Source: the human T2T-CHM13v2.0 reference genome, Homo sapiens. From it: DNA of 64,000 nt. The notes under the pieces are model-generated. The model was given only the letters and a program-made list of their open reading frames with translations, did no database searches and had not been told where the DNA came from. The stretch's first letter is position 1. Every line of letters starts with the position of its first letter. The DNA is taken from NCBI RefSeq assembly GCF_009914755.1, contig NC_060926.1. One strand, given 5' to 3'. Shown here one piece after another: positions 24,045 to 37,919 of this stretch. The position numbers and the translations under genes were made by a program.

Positions 24045-26270
24045 TTCTTTCTTTGGCACACTTCATAGGCCCTGACTATCTGCTTGATAGTTTTGAAAAG
24101 GCCTGGTCCTGTAAATAATGATTTGGCCATCTGATGGGTGCTATCAATGCCTAAGTGAAAAGTTTGGTGAAGGGTTTTAAGTAATTTTCACTGGTTAGCT
24201 GCAGGCAGGAGTATTTTTCCTTCTTTGGTGGCTAGCCTTCCTGAGGGGAGGAAACTATGTCCTCGTGAGTTTCCCCATCCTATTTCTTCTGCTGAGTACT
24301 GGGGCTTGGTTTCCCGGAGGGGATTACCCCATGCTAGGGGTCCTTCTATAAGCATTTCTAATGGAGCGTCCTGCCTTGAGGCTGTTTTTGCTTTAATATC
24401 CGCTTGGTGATTCTCTTTTATTTCCCTTTCCTTTCCTTTCTGATGACCCCAGCAGTGTAAGACTGCCACCTCTTTAGGTTTCTGTACAGCCAATAATAAT
24501 CTCCTAATGGCTTCCTGTTGTTTGATAGGTGTTCCCTCAGAAGTTAGGAATTCCCTTTCTCTCCATATTGCTGTGTGGGCATGGAGGACTAGGTAAGCAT
24601 ACTTAGAGTCTTCTCTCTTTTTCCTTCTCCTAATTTTAGTGCCTGAGTGAGGGCTATTAGTTCTGCCAGCTGAGCACTAGTTCCTGGAGTGAGGGGATTA
24701 CTTTCAAGTATTCCATTATCACTGACCACTGCATACCCCGCTTTTCAAAGTCCTTTTTCTACAAAGGAACTTCCATCAGTATACAAGTTGAGGTCAGGAT
24801 CAGTCAAGGGAACCTCTAGAAGGTCCCCTCGAGTGGCATAGGCTTGAGCAATTACCTGTTGACAGTTATGTTCTATCTTTTCTTCATTGTCTGGAAGAAA
24901 TGTGGCTGGGTTAAGAGTTGCACAAGTACGCAGTCCCAGCACTGGCCCTTCAAGTAATAGAGCCTGATGTTTAGGTAAACGGTTGTCTGACAGCCACAAG
25001 TCTCCTTTAGCAGTGAGTATGCCATTCACATCATGAGATATCCACACAGTAAGATTTCTTCCTTGTATTATTTTAACTGCTTCAGATACTAAGACTGCTA
25101 CTGCTGCCACTACCTGTAAACAGTGAGGCCAATCCTCTGCCACTACATCAATTTCCTTACTCAGGTATGCCATGGGTTGCAAGCTGGTCCCTCAGACCTG
25201 TGTAAGGACTCCTAGAGCTATTCCTGTTTTTTTCTGTGACATATAAAGAAAAGTCTTGCCCTGTTGGCAAGCTTAACACTGGGGCTTGGATTAGGGCCTT
25301 CTTTAGGGCCTGGAAAGCCGCTTCTACTTCAGGAGTCCGTCTTACTAAATGGGTGCTGGCTTTTTGAGTTTCCTTAATTTGTGTATATAATGGCCTGGCT
25401 ATTTCACTGTACCTGGGAATCCATATTCAGCAGAAGCCTGTTATGCCAAGGAATGCTCTTAGTTGCTTTAGGGTTTTGGGATGAGAATAAGCCAGTATAG
25501 GCTGGATACATTCCTCACAGAAGGCCCTGGTGCCTTTGGATAATTTTAGCCCTAAGTATTTAACCTGCTGTGAGCAGAGCTGTGCCTTTGGTTTGGAAAC
25601 CCCTTAGCCACAGGAGGCAAGGAAATTTAAGAGTGTTTGGGTGGCTTGATGGCACAAGGTTTCTGAACAGGCAGCTAAAAGTAAATCATCCACGTACCAA
25701 AGGACAAGAGCATCCAGGTATGAGAACTGGCTCAAGTCTTGGCTAATGCCTGGCCAAATAGATGGGGGCTATCTCTGAACCCTTGGGGCAAAACAGTCCA
25801 GGTGAGTTGAGACGTTGGGTTTGAAGGATCTTCAAAGGCAAACAAGAATTGAGAGTCAGGATGTACAGGGATGCAGAAAAAGGCATCCTTAAGGTCCAGG
25901 ACTGGAAACCACTCTGCTTCCTTTGGTATTTGGGAAAGCAGAGTATAAAGGTTAGGTACAGCTGGGGAAAAACGGCCTCATTGATAATCCTGAGATCTTG
26001 CACTAACCTCCACTGTCCGTTGGGTTTCTGTACTCCTAAAATTAGAGACTCACAGGGGCTACTGCATGGTTTTGCTAGGCCTTGGGCTTTTAGGTCCTTA
26101 ACAATCTTTTGGAGTCCTTGTTGGGCCTTGGGTCTAAGGGGGTACTGCCTTTGGTAGGGAAAGGAGGTGGAATTCTTTAGTTTAATTTGAACAGGACGGG
26201 CATTCTTTGCTTGTCCATATTGTCCTTCTGTTGCCCAGACTTCAGGATTAATTCCTTCCTCAAGCAGGGG
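24045..26270 (-). pseudogene. HERV-W pol remnant (RT, RNase H, integrase N-terminus only)
   Basis: [14 protein letters not shown] at 25685-25696, YTDGSSF, VAVLHCWGHQKG; multiple frameshifts/stops; stops after integrase CEVCQ-like motif. Confidence 0.93.
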
Positions 26271-26647
26271 ACAACAAACAGTGTTCCTTCTCCTATGTTC
26301 AGGTGTATAATGGCCCCTGCTTTTGCTAGAATGTCTCTCCCTAACAAGGGAGTGGGGCTTTCAGGCATAATTAGAAAAGCATGTGAAAAGAATAAAGTTC
26401 CCCAGTCACAACTTAGTGGCTGGGAGAAGTATCCAGTGACTGGCTGTCCTAGGACCCCTCGGATAGTGACAGATCTGGAGGACAGTTGTCCGGGACAGGA
26501 GAGTAAGACTGAGAAGGCCGCACCAGTGTCCAGGAGATAGTTAACCTCCTGGCCCTCCATGGTCAAGCATACCTGGGGCTCTGTGAGGGTGATTGGCATG
26601 GGCTGGTGCTTGCCCCAGGCACCCTCAGTCCTGCTCTGCTGGATCAA
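26177..26647 (-). pseudogene. HERV-W protease reading frame
   Basis: ORF contains LLDTGAAFS and PLLGRDILAK aspartic protease motifs; frameshifts afterward. Confidence 0.88.
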
Positions 26648-28085
26648 TCTGGTTAGTGGCTTCTGACTAAGAGGACCTTCGTCTCCTGGGGCAGTGGGCC
26701 TTCCAGTGATTCCCCTGACATAAGGGGCATGGACAAGGGGGCAACTTATTTATACTTGGACAATCTTTTTTAAAGTGTCCTTGTAGATCGCACTGAAAGC
26801 GAGCCCTATTAGGCATTCTATTTGCCCGGCTTTTCCCATTTCCAGAGCCTTCAAAGTCCACTCACCTGAGGGCCATGACTAAGGTGGCCTTTTTGTTAAT
26901 CCCGTTTTTCCTTTTGCACCTGTTCCTCCTGATCTCTATTATAAAAAACTGAGGTTCCTAAGTTCAATAGGGTTTTTAAGTTTGCTCTGGGCCTAAGGGG
27001 GACTTTTGAAGTTTTTTTCTTTTGTCTGCAGCTGACTGAGTGATAAACTTATCCTTTAAGATTAGTTGGCCTTCAAAAGAGTCAGGTGACAGGGAGGTAT
27101 GCTTCCTCAATGCCTCCCTTAGTCTCTCCAGAAAGGCAGTAGGATTTTCTTCCTTTCCCTGTGTTATAGTGGACATCATTGAATAATTCATAGGCTTCTT
27201 TCTAGTTTTCCTTAGTCCTTCTAGCACGCAAGTTAGCAAATGTCTGTGACACCAATTTCCATGTTCTGATTCTGTGTCCCAATGAGGGTCTACACTGGGA
27301 ACTGCCTGCTGGCCTGTGGGGAATCACTCTCTTTCCTCTGTTGTCATCCTGTCATTGACCTGACTGAGATACCAGAGATCACCAAACTCTCGGGCTGCAG
27401 TTATGGTGGCACTTCTCTCATTTGGGGTAAGTGTCTGATCTAGCAGTAACATTATATCTCTCCATGTCAGATCAAAGGATTGTCCTAACCCTTGTAAAAC
27501 ATCAATATAGCCATCAGGGTTATCTGAGAATTTACCTAGGTCTATTTTAATGTGCTTTAAGTCTGAGAGAGAAAAAGGTACATGCACTCTGGCTGGGCTG
27601 AATTCTCCTCCTTCCGCTGCTTGGAGAGGGCATAATTGGGGAATATTGGCACCCTTTGGTTCATTGTTTACCCCTTTGTCTATCTTCTTTTGGACCATTT
27701 GGGTTGAAGCGGGGGGTCCTTATTAGTTGGGAAAGAAGTCGGGGGGATGCTGGTGTAGGGAGGTAGACTCTGAGGGCTACCTGTAGGGCATAAATCACAC
27801 TTTTTACATAATTGCGAGTTGTCTCTTAATGAAAGGAGTTTGTACATATGGCACTTCACTCCATTTGCCTTCTTTTCTACAAAAGAGATCTAGCTGTAAG
27901 ATGGTGTTATAATTTATTCTTCCCTCAGGAGGCCAGGTTTCTCCCCCTTGAAGAGGATATCATGGCCAGGAGGTACTGCAGAAGAATATAAGTCATTTCT
28001 TTCTTATTGTCTGAGGGTCAAATTGGTCTCAATTCTCCAGAATACATCTTAGGGGTGTTTTTGCCTTGGGGGGAACATTTCCCAT
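26640..28085 (-). pseudogene. HERV-W gag remnant
   Basis: ATG at 28085 (MGNVPP); DLGKFSDNPDGY, QGKEENPTAFLERLREAL, knuckles RFQCDLQGHFKKDC and CPLCQGNHWKAHC; broken into several ORFs. Confidence 0.92.
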
Positions 28086-29195
28086 CTGAAAAAAGAACAT
28101 AGGGATGCCAGCACCCCTAGTCATTTTCCAATGAGCATTAGTCCTAGAGCATCCTCTATGGTCCTAATGCTTATTCCTTTCCAGGGTGCATAACCACCCA
28201 CGGACCTCTGCTTATCGGATTAGTTATACTTACTGATATAGCAGTCCTGCACCCCTTTTCCCGCCTTTCTTGACCACAAAGAAAGGGGTCCAGGCTGCTG
28301 GATTCTAGTGGTCCTTTACCAGCGTGCCCAACATTGCCTTTGTGCTCAGCGGTGAGTCCTAGAGCTGGGCTGGGTTCCTGAGTATTTCATAACAACCCAG
28401 TTGTCCCATCAAGATGCATCCCCATAAACAACAGATCTTATGCAAATTCATTCCAGAGACGGTGTAGCTAACTTTTTGAGTCAGGATTGAGATAGAGTTT
28501 TTTGATTCTGTAAGTACTTTAAAGCTTGACTGAGTGCAAACAGCTCCAACATTTGAGCAGACCATTTTTTAGGCAATTCTCCTAACTCTGCTTCCACAAG
28601 AATCTCCCTATCAATTACTGATACCCATTGTGTTTTTTTTCCTCAATCATTTGGGAGGAACCATCTATGGTCCTGTCCTGAAGGGAGTTCCTCCTATGTC
28701 TGGTTGGATCTTTGTATGGTAATTAAGATTTAAATCCCCTGTTAGGAAATCTGCTTGGTTAAGGTAATTTTCAGTGGTTAATGTTAAATCACCTTTTTCT
28801 AACAGAATAGCCCCATACTTTAAGATTTTGGAGTTAGTAAGCTACCTTTTTGGTTTTTTGACTTAGAATAATTCTTAACTGGTGAGGTGTGCTCACAATG
28901 AGGTTTCCTCTAAAAGTTACTTTTCTACTTTCTTCTGTTGGCAAAGCAATTGCCGCTACAGATTGAATGCATTTGGGCCATCCACGGGTTACTGGGTTAA
29001 GGATTTTTAATAGGAAGGCTACGGGTTGTCAGTGGTCTCAGTGTTTTCAGGCTACGCCCTTGTTTACACTGACAACAAGGTAGTATTGGAGTGTTATAGA
29101 GTCATGGAGAGGACCTTCAATTATCAATTATAGGTTTTAAATTTACCCTAGCTTTTAAAGGAATAGGGCACACTTTTTTTTTTTTTTTACTATTT

Positions 29196-29395
29196 CTATC
29201 TTTCTCCTTCTCTCTTTGACTCCCTGCTTGTCTCTCTGCCTCTTTCTCCTCTCTGTCTCTCTCTCTCCTCTCTGTCTCTCTCCTCTCCATCTCTCTCCTT
29301 TGTCTCTCTCCTCTGTCTCTCTGTCTCTGTCTCTCTCTGTTTCTCTCTATCTCTTTCTCTCTCTCTCTCTCTCTCTCTCCCCGTCTCTCTCTCTT
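29196..29395. repeat. (CT)n/(GA)n-rich tract in HERV-W leader
   Basis: ~200 bp almost pure pyrimidine on + strand. Confidence 0.92.
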
Positions 29396-30046
29396 TGCCG
29401 TTTACAAACTTGGGACCCTGGCAAGAGTGGTGGGGAATGGGTCCCACATAACTGCCCATGTTGAGAGCTGTATACCTAAATCAGGAGGGACACTAAGACT
29501 CCCTGGGTTTATAGCCTAGATGCCTGACGATGCAGCGTAGAGCTTCCCTAGATCCCTTTGGAGTTACAACTTGCTAGAGGAAACGAAAGTCTGAACCATT
29601 AGTACTTAGGAGGCAGGGATTGGAGGAAGTAGATTCAGAGGTAAGGAGAATTTTGGGGCTACACTTTCAAGAAAGTCATGGTTGGGACCCAGGAAGTATG
29701 GGTCAGAAGGAAAGGTAGGGGTGCACACATGTAGAATAGAGACTTCTGGCTGCACCATGATCTCAACCAGCTAATTCAGGGAGTTTGGAACAACAGCTTT
29801 CTGCCTCTAGTCTGCCCTTGGCTTCCCCAAGAAAATTGAAAGTGGAAGCTGGTTCCAGGCAGACCACAGAAGGGTTGGGGGTTGTTAGAAAGCCCTTCTC
29901 CAGACAGCCTCACACCTGAGTCTTAGCAGCAGCCATGCTAATTGTTTTTAACTGGCTGACAGGTGCCCGGTATTTTCCTCCAATCTAAGGAAGGATAGGA
30001 CAGAATAGCAAGCAAAAGTGGTCCAATATTACTCACCACTTTGGAG

Positions 30047-30064
30047 GTCCCTTCATGGTTACCA
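30047..30064 (-). promoter_or_regulatory. HERV-W primer binding site (Arg-like); splice donor gtgagtaa just downstream (~30029-30036)
   Basis: Minus strand TGGTAACCATGAAGGGAC, 3 nt after 5' LTR end. Confidence 0.85.
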
Positions 30065-30067
30065 GAA

Positions 30068-30828
<761 letters not shown>

Positions 30829-30830
30829 AC

Positions 30831-31046
30831 AGGACACTGGGTTCCTAGCCTTGTAGTTGTGGCTTCTACGGCATGGAAGGGTCGTGACATGATTCACCAA
30901 TTCACCACCCCATCTGAGTTTCAACACTTGGCCAGATCATGGCACTGAGCTTCTAACCTTGCAGTTGTAGCTTCTATGGCATGGCAGGGTTCTGGTGTAA
31001 TTCACCAATTCACCACCCCATCTGAGCTTAAGCACTTGGCCATAGC
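30831..31046. repeat. Two-copy ~108-bp diverged tandem duplication
   Basis: Both copies share attcaccaattcaccaccccatctgag and cacttggcca. Confidence 0.85.
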
Positions 31047-31199
31047 CATGAGGCTTTGCAGGAGACCAGCCTGTGGAAATCAGTCTTGGACAAGGCAGCT
31101 CTTGCAGCTCAAACCTAAACACTTCCTAGGAAATGCTCAACAGCGTCCATCAACATGGAAGTTGATGTCCAGAAGAAAAAAGAAAACTTAAAAATTAAA

Positions 31200-31765
31200 G
31201 CAGATGATAAGTAAAGCAGATAAGTATTTTCCAATTAGATACAGACTTTGTGATCACTGTAGAAAATGGGAAATGCAATGGAATGACGAGTGAGTCTGGG
31301 GAAAGGAGTGATGTTACTCATGTTGTCATATGTAGAATAAGTGAGGACACTTCTTTGAGGAAGTTCAATTGAGGTAAGAGATGAATGATACAATGAAGGC
31401 AGTCATATAAAGAGCTGGGGAAGTGTTCAGGCAGAGTGGGTGTTTTGGAGGGGATACACCATGGCTATGTGTGGGGACCCTGTGGGGAAACAGTTGCATC
31501 GGGGCCGGGATGGTGGTTCCACTGGGGCTGTTGCGGTGCTCACAGGGAGGAGGGGTCACCCTCACGCAGTGCTTCAGGAGAGGAGTCAGCAGGCTTTCTG
31601 ATGGGCTGGTAGGAAGTGTGCAGGAAAGAGGAGTTGGGCATAGGGTGTAGGGTTTTAGATCTGAGCGAGTAGGGATGCACAGCCCTGTGTGGAAATAAGG
31701 AGGGTGAAATGGGGGACAGGCTGAGGCAGGGATGAATGTCGGGGAGTCAAGAATTCTGTTTCAGA
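31200..31765 (-). mobile_element. L2 fragments
   Basis: Purine-rich L2-antisense strings (gagatgaatgatacaatgaaggcagtcatataaagagctggggaag; tcaagaattctgtttcagac). Confidence 0.55.
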
Positions 31766-32060
31766 CTTTTTTGCAGTGGGATTTTCTTCTTTTATTTGTT
31801 TATTTTTATTGCTTGGTCCACGTTGCTTCTTGGTGCATTTCCCTACTTATCGGACCCTCAGGAAATGCTGACAGTACGGCAGTTGAGGTAGAAGGAAAAA
31901 ATTGTCATAACGAAATACCAAGAAAACAAATTAAAAATATTTTAGTGAAACAACATTTCAAAAAAGCATTACTTTCTGATAATTCTATAAGAAAAACAAG
32001 TTACTCTATATTGAGCAATCTCATTTTTTAGTTAAGGCACACATATAATTAATTTAATCA

Positions 32061-32359
32061 GCCGGCTGGCACGGTGGCTTATGTCTGTAATTGCAGGCAC
32101 TTTGGGAGGCTAAGGCAGGAGGATCATTTGGACTCAGGAGTTCAAGGCCAGCCCGGGCAAGTTAGTGAGACCTGGTCTCTACTAAAAATTAAAAAAAAAA
32201 ATTAGGTGATTGTGGTGGTGCTCGTCCGTAGTCCCAGCTACTTGAGAGATTGAGGTGAGAGGATCATTTGAGCCCAGGAGGTCAAGGCTGTAGTGAGCTG
32301 TGATCACACCAGCACTTCAGCCAAGGTGACAGACTGAGACCCTGCCTCTATTAAAAAAA
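32061..32359 (+). mobile_element. AluJ-type SINE
   Basis: gaggatcatttgagcccaggaggtcaaggctgtagtgagc. Confidence 0.9.
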
Positions 32360-33939
32360 ACTAATTGGTTAAAATAAATCTGAATATATCAAATACTCAC
32401 TAAATTAGGCAGAGGAGTATAAAAGTTGCAACATAATCTATCTTTAATTTACAAAAAACCTTTGTCTGGAATAAATGTAATTATGTTAACATAAAGCCAT
32501 GCATTGACATTATGTTCTTCCTGTGGTTGCTTTTTGACAGAGTATTCTAGCTGCCTCCGCCTTTGAGACAGAGCAGGAAGAACCTGTGGATGGTGGGATT
32601 CCCTCTTCTTGGAGAAGGGGATGAGCATTTCCCGCTGCCCTCCTGACACGCCCGTGGCTGTCTGCCTTGCTCTGTACCTCCAGACTTCATGGAAAGCATG
32701 CTCGACCTTTGACTTCTGGGTGGGTGACTTGGGGCACACCCAAGCAGGAGACCAGCCTGCAGAGAGGGGGCCTATGTCACTCTGGCCACTCTGTGGTTGG
32801 GCTGGCTGTGGCCCACAGACCCTCTGCTCCCTCTGTGAGTCCCCTTGGGCCCCTTTCCTCTTTCCTAGGGTGTGAGTGTGGCACCCTTCATGACACTCTT
32901 CCTAATCACCCCATAGGGTGTGCCGCTTCCTTCCTGCGGGAACTCTAACTGGCCCTGTGTAATGATCTTTTACACAGAGCTCGTAAAACTAACCCCTGGC
33001 CCTGATGAGTCTTTGGAACATGAGGCTTACCGGTGATGAATAACTCCCAGCAATCACTGAAACATCACAAGCTTCTGTCTCTGCTTCCCGCTCCACACCG
33101 CCCTCTGCTCTGCTTAGTCTGGTTCATGTTTTGCATTCACATCATTGCTATTGTTGTTTTTTCTCCCGTTCCTCTGGACTCCTTTTTGTTGCCCAGCACT
33201 AACAATCATAAAACTTATGTTCTAAAATCATAAAACTGCAATGGAGAGCAAAGACAAAAAACAAATGGTTTTAAGTTAGAGTTGTAACACTACATAATTT
33301 ACTACCTCGGGAGGATGGGATGAGAATTCTGGTCAAATGAAATTTCTCTGGTCTATAAATCTGCTATTTCCAATTGGTACTTTGGCTTTCCAAAATGTTT
33401 AACAAACAGGACTTTGGGGGCTACATGTTTTTCACAAACCTGTTTGGGATATATTAGTTATAGTTTTTGGCTACACAAGAAAGTAAGTCAAAATTTAATT
33501 TGTGCAAGAATAATAGACTTGTTTTTTTAATGATAAATGAAAAGAAAATTTGGAAGAGACTGTGTTTCCTCACAGATTCTGCCACCTTGGGACTCCTAAC
33601 CCTACCAAAAAATCTAGATGGGATGAGGAATTGTTTTCCATATTTTCATGCATTTTAGAACAATTATTTTTTATTTTTAGTTTTAGCTCCACAAATATGA
33701 CCAATGATATTGCATATTAAAGTAAAAATTTGAAAACAGCTATGCATCCACAGGTTAAATTTTTATTTCTGTGGTTTAAATCTGATTTCACCACATTTTC
33801 CCCCAATGAAATGGATGCTTGGTAATGCAGTTAAATATCTGACTTTTCAGGAGCATAAAATAGCAGCTCTTCTTCCTGGGGATGGGGCAGTGGCCACCCC
33901 AAGGTGTGGAGGGCTTTCCTGTGGAAGCATCACATGGAC

Positions 33940-34110
33940 TCATCATCTGTGGCTCCAGTGGAGAAACCTGGAGTCAATAGATGTACGCTGGAGGGAGACC
34001 AACTTCAACTTCATACGAGGAAACATTTCTAATAATTAGATTAGCGGAGGTACAAACTGCCTTGAAGGGCTGTGCTTTTTCTGCCTCTGAAATTTCTTCA
34101 GGAAAGCCTG
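33940..34110 (+). mobile_element. L3/CR1 fragment
   Basis: aggaaacatttctaataattaga...ctgccttgaagggctgtg resembles CR1/L3 ORF2 3' end. Confidence 0.55.
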
Positions 34111-34194
34111 AGCTGTATGCTGCAAATGAGAAGCTTAACTTGTTAACCTCAAGCAAGGATTAAATTAAGTTCCAGTGACATATCACTGATCTTC

Positions 34195-35550
34195 ATATAG
34201 ACCAATGGAACAGAACAGAGGCCTCAGAAATAACGCCACACATCTGCAACTGTCTGATCTTTGACAAACCTGACAAAAACAAGCAATTGGGAAAGGACTC
34301 CCTATTTAATAAATGGTGCTGGGAAAACTGGCTAGCCATATGCAGAAAACTGAAACTGGAGCCCTTCCTTATACCTTATATAAAAATTAACTCAAGATGG
34401 GTTAAAGACTTAAATATAACATAAAACCATAAAAACCCTAGAAGAAAACCTAGACAATACCATTCAGGACATAGGCATGGCCAATGACTTCATGACTAAA
34501 ACATGAAAAGCAATGGCAATGAAAGCCAAAATTGACAAATGGGATCTAATTAAACTAAAGAGCTTCTGCACAGCAAAAGAAACTATCATCAGAGTCAACA
34601 GGCAACCTACATGGGAGAAAATATTTGCAATCTATCTATTTGACAAAGGGCTAATATCTAGAATTTACAAGGAACTTAAACAAATTTACAAGAAAAAAAC
34701 AACCCCATCAAAAAGTGGGCAAAGGATGTGAACAGCCACTTCTCAAAAGAAGACATTTATGCAGACAACAAACATATGTAAAAAAGCTCATCATCACTGG
34801 TCATTAGAGAAATGCAAATCAAAACCACAATGAGATACCATCTCGTGCCAGTTAGAATGGCAATCATTAAAAAGTCAGGAAACAACAGATGCTGGAGAGG
34901 ATGTGGAGAAATAGGAACACTTTTACATTGTTGGTGGGAGTGTAGATTAGTTAAACCATTGTGGAAGTCAGTGTGGCAATTCCTCAAGGATCTAGAACCA
35001 GAAATACATTTGACCCAGCAATCCCATTACTGGGTATATACCTGAAGGATTATAAATCATTCTACTATAAAGACACATGCACACATATGTTTATTGCAGC
35101 ACTATTCACAATAGCAAAGACTTGGAACCAACCCAAATGCCCATCAATGATAGACTGGATAAAGAAAATATGGCACATATACACCATGGAATACTATGCA
35201 GTCATAAAAAAGGATGAGTTTATGTCCTTTGCAGGGACATGGAGGAAGCTAGAAACCATCATTCTCAGAAAACTAACACAGGAACAGAAAATCAAACATC
35301 ACATGTTCTCACTCATAAGTGGGAGTTGAACAATGAGAACACGTGGAAACAGGGAGGGGAATATCACACACTGGGGCCTGTTGGGAGTTAGGGGTCTAGG
35401 GGAGGGATACCATTAGAAGAAATACCTAATGTAGATGACAGGTTGATGGGTGCAGCAAACTACCATGGCACGTGTATACCTGTGTAACAAACCTGCACGT
35501 TCTGCACATGTATCCCAGAACTTGAAGTATAATAATAAATAAAAGAAATA
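34195..35550 (+). mobile_element. 5'-truncated L1PA (L1PA7/8-like)
   Basis: ORF2 C-terminal peptides ([20 protein letters not shown]; [18 protein letters not shown]; KHHMFSLISGS), 3'UTR and A tail. Confidence 0.95.
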
Positions 35551-36649
35551 TAAAAGTCACAGGATGCTTGTGATAGTATCTATTACACTGATGTTGACAT
35601 CACATGGTTGACTATGTGGATACTCCAAGTGAAATTTCTTGCAGTTCTCAGTGCTAGGAAAATCTGTATTTCTGGATAAAAACTCAAAACTTTTAGAAAA
35701 ACGTTCAGGTTTTATAGTCTAGAGGTCTAACACTGCAATCTTTTCCAACTTTAAGGTTTAATGATTTACTTAAATCTAAAAATAGTACATTGCAGATGTA
35801 TTTAAACAGTGTGCCTAGGTAGTATGTTTATATATTAAGATTAAAATGCTCTTCTAAAATTTACTTATTCTAATATAGACTTTATTGTTTCATGTAGATA
35901 TACCTTTCTGATTCCCAGGATAATTTAAACAATTAATTCAAAGCAACTATTAATTTAGTTCTAGATTGTGATATCTACTTATGCATTTTAAGCTTTAGAT
36001 ATGTATTTCAAATTAGAAACACGTGCTGGTCATGGAAAGTTGTGACTTAGAGCCTCAGGTAAGTTTTTTTTCATGTGAACACACTGCTTCCAATTGATAT
36101 TATGCCCAGAGCAGACAATTAATAAATACCTTTTGAACTGAATGAGTGATTAACTGCAAATATCACAATACATCTTAGTGGGCATGATAATTAGCTATAT
36201 CTAGTCTTTGCTGTGGCCTAAGAAAGAAATTTCTTCATTAAATGTTTAATGTCTCACCCTGTTCATACAGCTGGAGTTACTGATTCAGTTTGATGTGAAT
36301 TCAGTCTTATAAAAGACCCATCATTAAAACCTGCACTTATGCTTCCTATAGTATCGGAACTTCCAACTTGTAGGCAAAATAGATATGCTTCATATTCTTA
36401 AAAACCACAAGAAATCTCCCTTTATTCAGAATAAACATAGAATTAGGTATTCTATTAAACTGAACAATAGGACTCACTGGGAGTGACCGCATACACTATA
36501 CCACGAATTGCCCAAGTGTCTGAAAAGGTCACTGGACCATTTCGCTCTATGCTGTGCCACGGGCCAACCACGAGGGCTGTCAGTGACTCACTGCGTGGGC
36601 CACCCAGAGCATGTGGTGCTGAGGCTGTCAAAGAGCAAGACGAGGCTGC

Positions 36650-36790
36650 ATTTAAACTCAGGCCTCTGCTAAGTGTCAGAACTTGGGCAAGATGCCAAAC
36701 ACTTTCTTTAGAGCCAGTTTCCTTTCCTATGATTGGGTTATAACACTCACCCTGTCAGGTTCTCGTGTGCGTTGACAAGGCTGGCACGTG
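36650..36790 (+). mobile_element. MIR fragment
   Basis: cttgggcaag...cagtttcctttcctat core. Confidence 0.55.
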
Positions 36791-37919
36791 ACACACCAGG
36801 GGCAGACCTGGACGAGAACCTTCTTCCTTAGACATCAGGGTCCTCATGAGCATCAAGAAAATAAGGAGAGCAGGGCATCTCCAGCTGTGTCAGGACTACA
36901 GCAGGGACTCAGCAACAATCAGTGTCTTCTCTTGTTTCATCCAAATCATACATTTAAAAATTAGATGGGGTTATCATGGATGTTTATATTGATTCCTAGA
37001 ATCAGACAAATACACCTTTCCTTGTCATGCTGTTTTCTCTTCCCAGATGGTTTGAAGAGCTTCTTTTTGGACTTGATACTCCTGGTGTGCACATAAGAAA
37101 CAACAGCCAATGATTTGCACATTTCACAGCTGTGTAGCTCTTCATTCACAAAATCAGATACGCAAAAAAAGAAAAACCTTTTCTTTTTTTTTTTTTTTTC
37201 TGATCAGTTCAGTCTTGACCCTGAGCCATCGCCCCTCAAGAATGGCAGGACATTCCACTCCACCATTGTTGGGGTGCCACAATTACACTACTGATCAAAG
37301 GCTCCTTGGTTTCTGAAAAGTGGGAGACACACCTCTAATAATCAGTCTAGATTGTCACTGCTCACTTCCCATTTTCCAGTTCCGCAGGGGCCCCCAAAGC
37401 CCAGAAGGTCTCATTTCGGGGGTCTTATAGACCATGTGAATCTGGTAACACTGGGAACCCTGAGGCCAGCACCAACCTCATTTTCACTCTGTCTCTGTTT
37501 CCATCACCCTCTAGGCATTGCTACAGAGCAGTGTTGGGACCCACCGGAGATCTGACTGCTCCCAGCCTGGAAAACTGTCTTCTTTCCCTCCACTGATCTC
37601 ATGATATTTCTGCTTTCCACCCCACAGAAATCCTTGAATGAAGCACAAAAGGGATTGGTCCTTGCCTGGTGTGAAGCACAGCTGAGCCAAAGGAGGAAGC
37701 AATATTGCAATGGACTCTGTCTTTGACATCACTACTTTGCAAATTTGTTACCACTATGGTCAAATTTTTATATTCACTCTTAGATTTTAACTCATTCTGC
37801 TCATTATATTCAATGCAACATCTGCACTAAAAGATACTCAGGCATTAATTTATGCTTTTCTGTTTACAAATGAGAATTCATAAGCAAATTGAGGTAGCAA
37901 TTAGATATTTTTTAAAATC

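Noticed and set aside
29196-29464. RE-rich and LS-rich ORFs
   Set aside because: Translation of (GA)n/(CT)n low-complexity DNA.
34513-35329. L1 ORF2 peptides as active gene
   Set aside because: 5'-truncated, frameshifted L1PA fragment.
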